Shown here one piece after another: positions 15,411 through 27,600 of a stretch of 64,000 bases of DNA. The stretch covers positions 241,614,001 through 241,678,000 of the forward strand of contig OZ024741.1 of the NCBI GenBank assembly GCA_964016885.1, given 5' to 3'. The notes below the pieces were generated by a model, which saw only the letters and a list, made by a program, of their open reading frames with translations, was not told the DNA's origin and made no database searches. The position numbers and the translations under genes were made by a program. How positions within the stretch are numbered: position 1 is the stretch's first letter; every line of letters starts with the position of its first letter. The stretch comes from Eledone cirrhosa (lineage: Eukaryota).

Positions 15411-15600
15411 AATAATTGTTTCAACTTTTTGGCACAAGGCCAGCAATTAAACAGTGTTTTACTGGTACTTTATTTTATGGACCTCGTAAGAATGAAAGGC
15501 AAAGTTTACCTCGGCGGGATTCAAACTCAGACCGTATAGAGACGTAACTCTATGCTCCAAAACATGGCGTCCAGCCCTCTACAGATACTGCCAGTCCTAG
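15411..15600 (-). mobile_element. tRNA-derived SINE (family A)
   Basis: Reverse complement of the 8881-9030 element: TTTTGGCACAAGGCCAGC...TACTGGTACTTTATTTTAT...CTCGGCGGGATT. Confidence 0.8.
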
Positions 15601-15609
15601 TAATAATAG

Positions 15610-18600
15610 TAGTGTTGTAGTGGTAGTGGTGTTGTAATGGTGGTGGTGGTATAGTGGTAGTGGTGCTGTACTGGTGGTGGTGTTATAGTGGTAGTGGCGT
15701 TGTACTGGTGGTGGTGTTATAGTCGTAGTGGTAGTGCTGTTGTACTGGTGGTGGTGTTGTAGTGGTATTGGTGTTGTAATGGTGGTGGTGTTCTAGTGGT
15801 AGTGATGTTGTACTTGTGGTGGTGATGTAGTGGTAGTGGTGTTGTACTTGTGGTGGTGTTGCAGTGGTAGTGGTGTTGTACTTGTGGTGGTGTTATAGTC
15901 GTAGTGGTAGTGGTGTTGTACTGGTGGTGGTGTTGTAGTGGTAGTGGTGTTGTACTTGTGGTGGTGTTGTACTTGTGGTGGTGTTGTAGTGGTAGTGGTG
16001 TTGTACTGGTGGTGGTTAAGTTGCAGTGGTAATGTTGTTGTACTGGTGGTGGTGTTGTAGTGGTAGTGGTGTTGTACTGGTGGTGGTGTTGTAGTGGTAG
16101 TGGTGTTGTACTTGTGGTGGTGTTGTAGTGGTGGTGGTGTTGTACTGGTGGTGGTGTTGTAGTGGTAGTGGTGTTGTACTTGTGGTGGTGTTGTAGTGGT
16201 AGCGGTGTTGTACTGGTGGTGGTGTTGTAGTGGTAGTGGTGAGGTACTTGTGGTGGTGTTGTAGTGGTAGCGGTGTTGTACTGGTGGTGGTGTTGTGGTG
16301 GTAGTGGTGTTGTACTGGTGGTGGTGTTGTAGTGGTAGTGGTGATGTACTGGTGGTGGTGTTATAGTGGTAGTGGTGTTGTACTGGTGGTGGTGTTGTAG
16401 TGGTAGTGGTGTTGTACTGGTGGTGGTGCTGTAGTGGTAGTGTTGTTGTACTTGTGGTGGTGTTGCAGTGGTAGTGGTGTTGTACTTGTGGTGGTGTTGC
16501 AGTGGTAGCGGTGCTGTACTTGTGGTGGTGTTATAGTGGTAGTCGTGTTGTACTGGTGGTGGTGTTGTAGTGGTAGTGGTGAGGTACTTGTGGTGGTGTT
16601 GTAGTGGTAGCGGTGTTGTACTGGTGGTGGTGTTGTGGTGGTAGTGGTGTTGTACTGGTGGTGGTGTTGTAGTGGTAGTGGTGATGTACTGGTGGTGGTG
16701 TTATAGTGGTAGTGGTGTTGTACTGGTGGTGGTGTTGTAGTGGTAGTGGTGTTGTACTGGTGGTGGTGCTGTAGTGGTAGTGTTGTTGTACTTGTGGTGG
16801 TGTTGCAGTGGTAGTGGTGTTGTACTTGTGGTGGTGTTGCAGTGGTAGCGGTGCTGTACTTGTGGTGGTGTTATAGTGGTAGTCGTGTTGTACTGGTGGT
16901 GGTGTTGTAGTGGTAGTCGTGTTGTACTTGTGGTGGTGTTGTAGTGGTAGTGGTGTTGTAATGGTGGTGGTGTTGTTGTGGTAGTGGTGTTGTACTTGTG
17001 GTGGTGTTGTAGTGGTAGTGGTGTTGTAGTGGTGGTGGTGTTGTAGAAGTGTTGTACTGGTGGTGGTGTTATAGTGGTAGTCGCGTTGTACAGGTGGTGG
17101 TGTTGTAGTGGTAGTGGTGTTGTACTACTGGTGCTGTTGTAGTGGTATTGGTGTTGTACTGGTGGTGGTGTTGCACTGGTAGTGGTGTTGTACATGTGGT
17201 GGTGTTGCAGTGGTAGTGGTGTTGTACATGTGGTGGTGTTGTAGTGGTAGTGGTGTTGTAGTGGTGGTGGTGTTGTAGTGGTCGTGGTGTTGTACTTGTT
17301 GTGGTGTTGTAGTGGTAGTGATGTTGTACATGTGGTGGTGTTGTAGTGGTAGTGGTGTTGTACTGGTGGTGGTGTTGTAGTGGTAGTGGTGTTGTACTTG
17401 TAGTGGTGTTGTAGTGGTAGTGCTGTTGTACTTGTGGTGGTGTTGTAGTGGTAGTCGCGTTGTACTGGTGGTGGTGTCGTAGTGGTAGTGGTGTTGTACT
17501 GGTGGTGGTATTATAGTTGTTGTGGTGTTGTACTGGTGGTGGTGTTATAGTGGTAGTGGTGTTGTACTTCTGGTAGTGGTGTTGTACTGGTGGTGGGGTT
17601 GTAGTAGTAGTGGTGTTATACTTGTGGTGGTGTTGCAGTGGTAGTGGTGTTGTACTTGTGGTGGTGTCGTAGTGGTAGTGGTGTTGTACTGGTGCTGGTA
17701 TTATAGTGGTAGTGGTGTTGTACTGGTGGTGGTGTTATAGTGGTAGTGGTGTTGTACTTTTGGTGGTGTTGCAGTGGTAGTGGTGTTGTACTTGTGGTGG
17801 TGTCGCAGTGGTAGTGGTGTACTTGTGGTGGTGTTATAGTGGTAGTGAGGTTGTACTGGTGGTGGTGTTGTAGTAGTAGTGGTGTTGTACTGGTGGTGGT
17901 GTTGCAGTAGTAGTGGTGTTGTACTGGTGGTGGTGTTGTAGTGGTAGTGATGTTGTACTTGTGGTGGTGATGTAGTGGTAGTGGTGTTGTACTTGTGGTG
18001 GTGTTGCAGTGGTAGTGGTGTTGTACTTGTGGTGGTGTTGTAGTGGTAGCGGTGTTGTACTGGGGGTGGTGTTGTGGTGGTAGTGGTGTTGTACTGATGG
18101 TGGTTAAGTTGCAGTGGTAATATTGTTGTACTGGTGGTGGTGTTGTAGTGGTAGTGGTGTTGTACTTGTGGTGGTGTTTTAGTGGTAGCGGTGTTGTACT
18201 TGTGGTGGTGTTGCAGTGGTAGCGGTGCTGTACTTGTGGTGGTGTTATAGTGGTAGTGGTGTTGTACTGGTGGTGGTGTTGTAGTGGTATTCGTGTTGTA
18301 CTTGTGGTGGTGTTGTAGTGGTAGTGGTGTTGTAATGGTGGTGGTGTTGTTGTGGTAGTGGTGTTGTACTTGTGGCGGTGTTGTAGTGGTAGTGGTGTTG
18401 TAGTGGTGGTGGTGTTGTAGAGGTGTTGTACTTGTGGTGGTGTTGTAGTGGTAGTGGTGTTGTACTGGTGGTGGTGTTATAGTGGTAGTCGCGTTGTACT
18501 GGTGGTGGTGTTGTAGTGGTAGTGGTGTTGTACTACTGGTGCTGTTGTAGTGGTATTGGTGTTGTACTGGTGGTGGTGATGCACTGGTAGTGGTGTTGTA

Positions 18601-21600
18601 CATGTGGTGGTGTTGCAGTGGTAGTGGTGTTGTACATGTGGTGGTGTTGTAGTGGTAGTGGTGTTGTACTGGTGGTGGTGTTGTAGTGGTCGTGGTGTTG
18701 TACTTGTTGTGGTGTTGTAGTGGTAGTGATGTTGTACATGTGGTGGTGTTGTAGTGGTAGTGGTGTTGTACTGGTGGTGGTGTTGTAGTGGTAGTGGTGT
18801 TGTACTTGTAGTGGTGTTGTAGTGGTAGTGCTGTTGTACTTGTGGTGGTGTTGTAGTGGTAGTGGTGTTGCACTTGTGGTGGTGTCGTAGTGGTAGTGGT
18901 GTTGTACTGGTGGTGGTATTATAGTTGTTGTGGTGTTGTACTGGTGGTGGTGTTATAGTGGTAGTGGTGTTGTACTTGTGATAGTGGTGTTGTACTGGTG
19001 GTGGGGTTGTAGTAGTAGTGGTGTTATACTTGTGGTGGTGTTGCAGTGGTAGTGGTGTTGTACTTGTGGTGGTCTCGTAGTGGTAGTGGTGTTGTACTGG
19101 TGGTGGTATTATAGTGGTAGTGGTGTTGTACTGGTGGTGGTGTTATAGTGGTAGTGGTGTTGTACTTTTGGTGGTGTTTTAGTGGTAGCGGTGTTGTACT
19201 GGTGGTGGTGTTGTAGTGGTAGTGGTGTTGTACTTGTGGTGGTGTTGTAGTGGTAGCGGTGTTGTACTGGTGGTGGTTTTGTGGTGGTAGTGGTGTTGTA
19301 CTGGTGGTGGTGTTGTAGTGGTAGTGGTGATGTACTGGTGGTGGTGTTATAGTGGTAGTGGTGTTGTACTGGTGGTGGTGTTGTAGTGGTAGTGGTGTTG
19401 TACTGGTGGTGGTGTCGTAGTGATAGTGGTGTTGTACTGGTGGTGGTGTTATAGTGGTAGTGAGGTTGTACTGGTGGTGGTGTTGTAGTGGTAGTGGTGT
19501 TGTACTGGTGGTGGTGTTGCAGTAGTAGTGGTGTTGTACTGGTGGTGGTGTTGTAGTGGTAGTGATGTTGTACTTGTGGTGGTGATGTAGTGGTAGTGGT
19601 GTTGTACTTGTGGTGGTGTTGCAGTGGTAGTGGTGTTGTACTTGTGGTGGTTTTATAGTCGTAGTGGTAGTGGTGTTGTAGTGGTAGTGGTGTTGTACTT
19701 GTGGTGGTGTTGTACTTGTGGTGGTGTTGTAGTGGTAGTGGTGTTGTACTGGTGGTGGTTAAGTTGCAGTGGTAATGTTGTTGTACTGGTGGTGGTGTTG
19801 TAGTGGTAGTGGTGTTGTACTGGTGGTGGTGTTGTAGTGGTAGTGGTGTTCTACTTGTGGTGGTGTTTTAGTGGTAGTGGTGTTGTACTTGTGGTGGTGT
19901 TGTAGTGGTAGCGGTGTTGTACTGGGGGTGGTGTTGTGGTGGTAGTGGTGTTGTACTGATGGTGGTTAAGTTGCAGTGGTAATGTTGTTGTACTGGTGGT
20001 GGTGTTGTAGTGGTAGTGGTGATGTACTTGTGGTGGTGTTTTAGTGGTAGCGGTGTTGTACTGGTGGTGGTGTTGTAGTGGTAGTGGTGTTGTACTTGTG
20101 GTGGTGTTGTAGTGGTAGCGGTGTTTTACTGGTGGTGGTGTTGTGGTGGTAGTGGTGTTGTACTAGTGGTGGTGTTGTAGTGGTAGTGGTGATGTACTGG
20201 TGGTGGTGTTATAGTGGTAGTTGTGTTGTACTGGTGGTGGTGTTGTAGTGGTAGTGGTGTTGTACTGGTGGTGGTGTTGTAGTGGTAGTGTTGTTGTACT
20301 TGTGGTGGTGTTGCAGTGGTAGTGGTGCTGTACTTGTGGTGGTGTTATAGTGGTTGTGGTGTTGTACTGGTGGTGGTGTTGTAGTGGTAGTGGTGTTGTA
20401 CATGTGGTGGTGTTGCAGTGGTAGTGGTGTTGTACTGGTGGTGGTGTTGTAGTGGTAGTGATGTTGTACTGCTGGTGGTGTTGTAGTGGTAGTGGTGTTG
20501 TACTGGTGGTGGTGTTGTAGTGGTTGTCGTGTTGTACTTGTGGTGGTGTTGTAGTGGTAGTCGTGTTGTAATGGTGGTGGTGTTGTTGCGGTAGTGGTGT
20601 TGTACTTGTGGTGGTGTTGTAGTGGTAGTGGTGTTGTAGTGGTGGTGGTGTTGTAGTGGTGTTGTACTTGTGGTGGTGTTGTAGTGGTAGTGGTGTTGTA
20701 CTGGTGGTGGTGTTATAGTGGTAGTCGCGTTGTACTGGTGGTGGTGTTGTAGTGGTATTGGTGTTGTACTACTGGTGCTGTTGTAGTAGTATTGTTGTTG
20801 TACTGGTGGTGGTGTTGCAGTGGTAGTGGTGTTGTACATGTGGTGGTGTTGCAGTGGTAGTGGTGTTGTACATGAGGTGGTGTTGTAGTGGTAGTGGTGT
20901 TGTACTGGTGGTGGTGTTGTAGTGGTCGTGGTATTGTACTTGTTGTGGTGTTGTTATGGTAGTGATGTTGTACATGTGGTGGTGTTGTAGTGGTAGTGGT
21001 GTTGTACTTGTAGTGGTGTTGTAGTGGTAGTGGTGTTTCACTTGTGGTGGTGTTGTAGTGGTAGTGGTGTTGTACTTGAGGTGGTGTTGTAGTGGTAGTG
21101 GTGTTGTAGTGGTAGTGCTGTTGTACTTGTGGTGGTGTTGCAGTGGTAGTGGTGTTGTACTTGTGGTGGTGTTGTAGTAGTAGTGGTGTTATACTTGTGG
21201 TGGTGTTGCAGTGGTAGTGGTGTTGTACTTGTGGTGGTGTTTATTTGGTAGTGGTGTTGTACTGGTGGTGGTATTATAGTGGTAGTGGTGTTGTACTGGT
21301 GGTGGTGTTATAGTGGTAGTGGTGTTGTACTTTTGGTGGTGATGTAGTGGTAGTGGTGTTGTACTTGTGGTGGTGTTGCAGTGGTAGTGGTGTTGTACTT
21401 GTGGTGGTGTTATAGTTGTAGTGGTAGTGGTGTTGTAGTGGTAGTGGTATTGTACTTGTGGTGGTGTTGTACTTGTGGTGGTGTTGTAGTGGTAGTGGTG
21501 TTGTACTGGTGGTGGTTAAGTTGCAGTGGTAATGTTGTTGTACTGGTGGTGGTGTTGTAGTGGTAGTGGTGTTGTACTGGTGGTGGTGTTGTAGTGCTAG

Positions 21601-24600
21601 TGGTGTTCTACTTGTGGTGGTGTTGTAGTGGTAGTGGTGTTGTACTTGTGGTGGTGTTGTAGTGGTAGTGGTGTTGTACTGGGGGTGGTGTTGTGGTGGT
21701 AGTGGTGTTGTACTGATGGTCGTTAAGTTGCAGTGGTAATGTTGTTGTACTGGTAGTGGTGTTGTAGTGGTAGTGGTGTTGTACTTGTGGTGGTGTTGTA
21801 GTGGTAGCGGTGTTATACTGGTGGTGATTTTGTGGTGGTAGTGGTGTTGTACTGGTGGTGGTGTTGTAGTGGTAGTGGAGATGTACGGGTGGTGGTGTTA
21901 TAGTGGTAGTGGTGTTGTACTGGTGGTGGTGTTGTAGTAGTAGTGGTGTTGTACGTGTGGTGGTGTTGTAGTGGTAGTGTTGTTGTACTTGTGGTGGTTT
22001 TGCAGTGGTAGTGGTGTTGTACTTGTGGTGGTATTGCAGTGGTAGTGGTGCTGTACTTGTGGTCGTGTTATAGTGGTAGTGGTGTTGTACTGGTGGTGGT
22101 GTTGTAGTGGTAGTGGTGTTGTACATGTGGTGGCGTTGCAGTGGTAGTGGTGTTGTACTGGTGGTGGTGTTGTAGTGGTAGTGATGTTGTACTGGTGGTG
22201 GTGTTGTAGTGGTAGTGGTGTTGTACTGCTGGTGGTGTTGTTGTGGTTGTTGTGTTGTACTTGTGGTGGTGTAGTAGTGGTAGTGGTGTTGTAATGGTGG
22301 TGGTGTTGTAGTGGTTGTCGTGTTGTACTTGTGGTGGTGTTGTAGTGGTAGTGGTGATGTACTGGTGGTGGTGTTATAGTGGTAGTGGTGTTGTACTGGT
22401 GGTGGTCTTGTAGTGGTAGTGGTGTTGTACTGGTGGTGGTGTTGTAGTGGTAGTGTTGTTGTACTTGTGGTGGTGTTGCAGTGGTAGTGGTGTTGTACTT
22501 GTGGTGGTGTTGCAGTGGTAGCGGTGTACTTGTGGTGGTGTTATAGTGGTAGTGAGGTTGTAGTGGTGGTGGTGTTGTAGTGGTAGTGGTGTTGTACTTG
22601 TGGTGGTGTTGCAGTGGTAGTGGTGTTGTACTTGTGGTGGTGTTATAGTCGTAGTGGTAGTGGTGTTGTAGTGGTAGTGGTGTTGTACTTGTGGTGGTGT
22701 TGTAGTGGTAGTGGTGTTGTACTGGTGGTGGTTAAGTTGCAGTGGTAATGTTGTTGTACTGGTGGTGGTGTTGTAGTGGTAGTGGTGTTGTACTGGTGGT
22801 GGTGTTGTAGTGGTAGTGGTGTTCTACTTGTGGTGGTGTTTTAGTGGTAGTGGTGTTGTACTTGTGGTGGTGTTGTAGTGGTAGTGGTGTTCTACTTGTG
22901 GTGGTGTTTTAGTGGTAGTGGTGTTGTACTGGGGGTGGTGTTGTGGTGGTAGTGGTGTTGTACTGATGGTGGTTAAGTTGCAGTGGTAATGTTGTTGTAC
23001 TGGTGGTGGTGTTGTAGTGGTAGTGGTGTTGTACTTGTGGTGGTGTTTTAGTGGTAGTGGTGTTGTACTGGTGGTGGTGTTGTAGTGGTAGTGGCGTTGT
23101 ACTTGTGGTGGTGTTGTAGTGGTAGCGGTGTTTTACTGGTGGTGGTGTTGTGGTGGTAGTGGTGTTGTACTGGTGGTGGTGTTGTAGTGGTAGTGGTGAT
23201 GTACTGGTGGTGGTGTTATAGTGGTAGTTGTGTTGTACTGGTGGTGGTGTTGTAGTGGTAGTGGTGTTGTACTGGTGGTGGTGTTGTAGTGGTAGTGTTG
23301 TTGTACTTGTGGTGGTGTTGCAGTGGTAGTGGTGCTGTACTTGTGGTGGTGTTATAGTGGTTGTGGTGTTGTACTGGTGGTGGTGTTGTAGTGGTAGTGG
23401 TGTTGTACATGTGGTGGTGTTGCAGTGGTAGTGGTGTTGTACTGGTGGTGGTGTTGTAGTGGTAGTGATGTTGTACTGGTGGTGGTGTTGTAGTGGTAGT
23501 GGTGTTGTACTGGTGGTGGTGTTGTAGTGGTTGTCGTGTTGTACTTGTGGTGGTGTTGTAGTGGTAGTCGTGTTGTAATGGTGGTGGTGTTGTTGTGGTA
23601 GTGGTGTTGTACTTGTGGTGGTGTTGTAGTGGTAGTGGTATTGTAGTGGTGGTGGTGTTGTAGTGGTGTTGTACTTGTGGTGGTGTTGTAGTGGTAGTGG
23701 TGTTGTACTGGTGGTGGTGTTATAGTGGTAGTCGCGTTGTACTGGTGGTGGTGTTGTAGTGGTAGTGGTGTTGTACTACTGGTGCTGTTGTAGTAGTATT
23801 GTTGTTGTACTGGTGGTGGTGTTGCAGTGGTAGTGGTGTTGTACATGTGGTGGTGTTGCAGTGGTAGTGGTGTTGTACATGAGGTGGTGTTGTAGTGGTA
23901 GTGGTGTTGTACTGGTGGTGGTGTTGTAGTGGTCGTGGTATTGTACTTGTTGTGGTGTTGTTATGGTAGTGATGTTGTACATGTGGTGGTGTTGTAGTGG
24001 TAGTGGTGTTGTACTTGTAGTGGTGTTGTAGTGGTAGTGCTGTTGTACTTGTGGTGGTGTTGTAGTGGTAGTGGTGTTTCACTTGTGGTGGTGTTGTAGT
24101 GGTAGTGGTGTTGTACTTGAGGTGGTGTTGTAGTGGTAGTGGTGTTGTAGTGGTAGTGCTGTTGTACTTGTGGTGGTGTTGCAGTGGTAGTGGTGTTGTA
24201 CTTGTGGTGGTGTTGTAGTAGTAGTGGTGTTATACTTGTGGTGGTGTTGCAGTGGTAGTGGTGTTGTACTTGTGGTGGTGTTTATGTGGTAGTGGTGTTG
24301 TACTGGTGGTGGTATTATAGTGGTAGTGGTGTTGTACTGGTGGTGGTGTTATAGTGGTAGTGGTGTTGTACTTTTGGTGGTGATGTAGTGGTAGTGGTGT
24401 TGTACTTGTGGTGGTGTTGCAGTGGTAGTGGTGTTGTACTTGTGGTGGTGTTATAGTTGTAGTGGTAGTGGTGTTGTAGTGGTAGTGGTGTTGTACTTGT
24501 GGTGGTGTTGTACTTGTGGTGGTGTTGTAGTGGTAGTGGTGTTGTACTGGTGGTGGTTAAGTTGCAGTGGTAATGTTGTTGTACTGGTGGTGGTGTTGTA

Positions 24601-27600
24601 GTGGTAGTGGTGTTGTACTGGTGGTAGTGTTGTAGTGGTAGTGGTGTTCTACTTGTGGTGGTGTTGTAGTGGTAGTGGTGTTGTACTTGTGGTGGTGTTG
24701 TAGTGGTAGTGGTGTTGTACTGGGGGTGGTGTTGTGGTGGTAGTGGTGTTGTACTGATGGTGGTTAAGTTGCAGTGGTAATGTTGTTGTACTGGTGGTGG
24801 TGTTGTAGTGGTAGTGGTGTTGTACTTGTGGTGGTGTTGTAGTGGTAGCGGTGTTGTACTGGTGGTGGTTTTGTGGTGGTAGTGGTGTTGTACTGGTGGT
24901 GGTGTTGTAGTGGTAGTGGTGATGTACTGGTGGTGGTGTTATAGTGGTAGTGGTGTTGTACTGGTGGTGGTGTTGTAGTGGTAGTGGTGTTGTACTGGTG
25001 GTGGTGTTGTAGTGGTAGTGTTGTTGTACTTGTGGTGGTTTTGCAGTGGTAGTGGTGTTGTACTTGTGGTGGTATTGCAGTGGTAGTGGTGCTGTACTTG
25101 TGGTGGTGTTATAGTGGTAGTGGTGTTGTACTGGTGGTGGTGTTGTAGTGGTAGTGGTGTTGTACATGTGGTGGCGTTGCAGTGGTAGTGGTGTTGTACT
25201 GGTGGTGGTGTTGTAGTGGTAGTGATGTTGTACTGGTGGTGGTGTTGTAGTGGTAGTGGTGTTGTACTGCTGGTGGTGTTGTAGTGGTTGTTGTGTTGTA
25301 CTTGTGGTGGTGTAGTAGTGGTAGTGGTGTTGTAATGGTGGTGGTGTTGTAGTGGTTGTCGTGTTGTACTTGTGGTGGTGTTGTAGTGGTAGTGGTGATG
25401 TACTGGTGGTGGTGTTATAGTGGTAGTGGTGTTGTACTGGTGGTGGTCTTGTAGTGGTAGTGGTGTTGTACTGGTGGTGGTGTTGTAGTGGTAGTGTTGT
25501 TGTACTTGTGGTGGTGTTGCAGTGGTAGTGGTGTTGTACTTGTGGTGGTGTTGCAGTGGTAGTGGTGTTGTACTGGTGGTGGTGTTGTAGTGGTAGTTGT
25601 GTTGTACTTGTGGTGGTGTTGTAGTGCTAGTGGTGTTGTAATGGTGGTGGTGTTGTTGTGGTAGTGGTGTTGTACTTGTGGTGGTGTTGTAGTGGTAGTG
25701 GTGTTGTAGTGGTAGTGGTGTTGTACTTGTGGTGGTGTTGTAGTGGTAGTGGTGTTGTACTGGTGGTGGTGTTATAGTGGTAGTCGCGTTGTACTGGTGG
25801 TGGTGTTGTAGTGGTAGTGGTGTTGTACTACTGGTGCTGTTGTAGTGGTATTGGTGTTGTACTGGTGGTGGTGTTGCAGTGGTAGTGGTGTTGTACATGT
25901 GGTGGTGTTGCAGTGGTAGTGGTGTTGTACATGTGGTGGTGTTGTAGTGGTAGTGGTGTTGTACTGGTGGTGGTGTTGTAGTGGTCGTGGTGTTGTACTT
26001 GTTGTTGTGTTGTAGTGGTAGTGATGTTGTACATGTGGTGGTGTTGTAGTGGTAGTGGTGTTGTACTGGTGGTGGTGTTGTAGTGGTAGTGGTGTTGTAT
26101 TTGTAGTGGTGTTGTAGTGGTAGTGCTGTTGTACTTGTGGTGGTGTTGTAGTGGTAGTGGTGTTGCACTTGTGGTGGTGTCGTAGTGGTAGTGGTGTTGT
26201 ACTGGTGGTGGTATTATAGTGGTTGTGGTGTTGTACTGGTGGTGGTGTTATAGTGGTAGTGGTGTTGTACTTGTGGTAGTGGTGTTGTACTGGTGGTGGG
26301 GTTGTAGTAGTAGTGGTGTTATACTTGTGGCGGTGTTGCAGTGGTAGTGGTGTTGTACTTGTGGTGGTGTCGTAGTGGTAGTGGTGTTGTACTGGTGATG
26401 GTATTATAGTGGTAGTGGTGTTGTACTGGTGGTGGTGTTATAGTGGTAGTGGTGTTGTACTTTTGGTGGTGTTGCAGTGGTAGTGGTGTTGTACTTGTGG
26501 TGGTGTTGCAGTGGTAGTGGTGTACTTGTGGTGGTGTTATAGTGGTAGTGATGTTGTACTCGTGGTGGTGATGTAGTGGTAGTGGTGTTGTACTTGTGGT
26601 GGTGTTGCAGTGGTAGTGGTGTTGTACTTGTGGTGGTGTTATAGTCATAGTGGTAGTGGTGTTGTAGTGGTAGTGGTGTTGTACTTGTGGTGGTGTTGTA
26701 CTTGTGGTGGTGTTGTAGTGGTAGTGGTGTTGTACTTGTGGTGGTGTTGTAGTGGTAGTGGTGTTGTACTTGTGGTGGTGTTGTAGTGGTAGCGGTGTTG
26801 TACTGGTGGTGGTGTTGTAGTGGTAGTGGTGTTGTACTTGTGGTGGTGTTGTAGTGGTAGCGGTGTTGTACTGGTGGTGGTGTTGTGATGGTAGTGGTGT
26901 TGTACTTGTGGTGGTGTTGTAGTGGTAGTGGTGTTGTACTGGGGGTGGTGTTGTGGTGGTAGTGGTGTTGTACTGATGGTGGTTAAGTTGCCGTGGTAAT
27001 GTTGTTGTACTGGTGGTGGTGTTGTAGTGGTAGTGGTGTTGTACTTGTGGTGGTGTTGTAGTGGTAGCGGTGTTGTACTGGTGGTGGTTTTGTGGTGGTA
27101 GTGGTGTTGTACTGGTGGTGGTGTTGTAGTGGTAGTGGTGATGTACTGGTGGTGGTGTTATAGTGGTAGTGGTGTTGTACTGGTGGTGGTGTTGTAGTGG
27201 TAGTTGTGTTGTACTGGTGGTGGTGTTGTAGTGGTAGTGTTGTTGTACTTGTGGTGGTTTTGCAGTGGTAGTGGTGTTGTACTTGTGGTGGTATTGCAGT
27301 GGTAGTGGTGCTGTACTTGTGGTGGTGTTATAGTGGTAGTGGTGTTGTACTGGTGGTGGTGTTGTAGTGGTAGTGGTGTTGTACATGTGGTGGCGTTGCA
27401 GTGGTAGTGGTGTTGTACTGGTGGTGGTGTTTTAGTGGTAGTGATGTTGTACTGGTGGTGGTGTTGTAGTGGTAGTGGTGTTGTACTGCTGGTGGTGTTG
27501 TAGTGGTTGATGTGTTGTACGTGTGGTGGTGTAGTAGTGGTAGTGGTGTTGTAATGGTGGTGGTGTTGTAGTGGTTGTCGTGTTGTACTTGTGGTGGTGT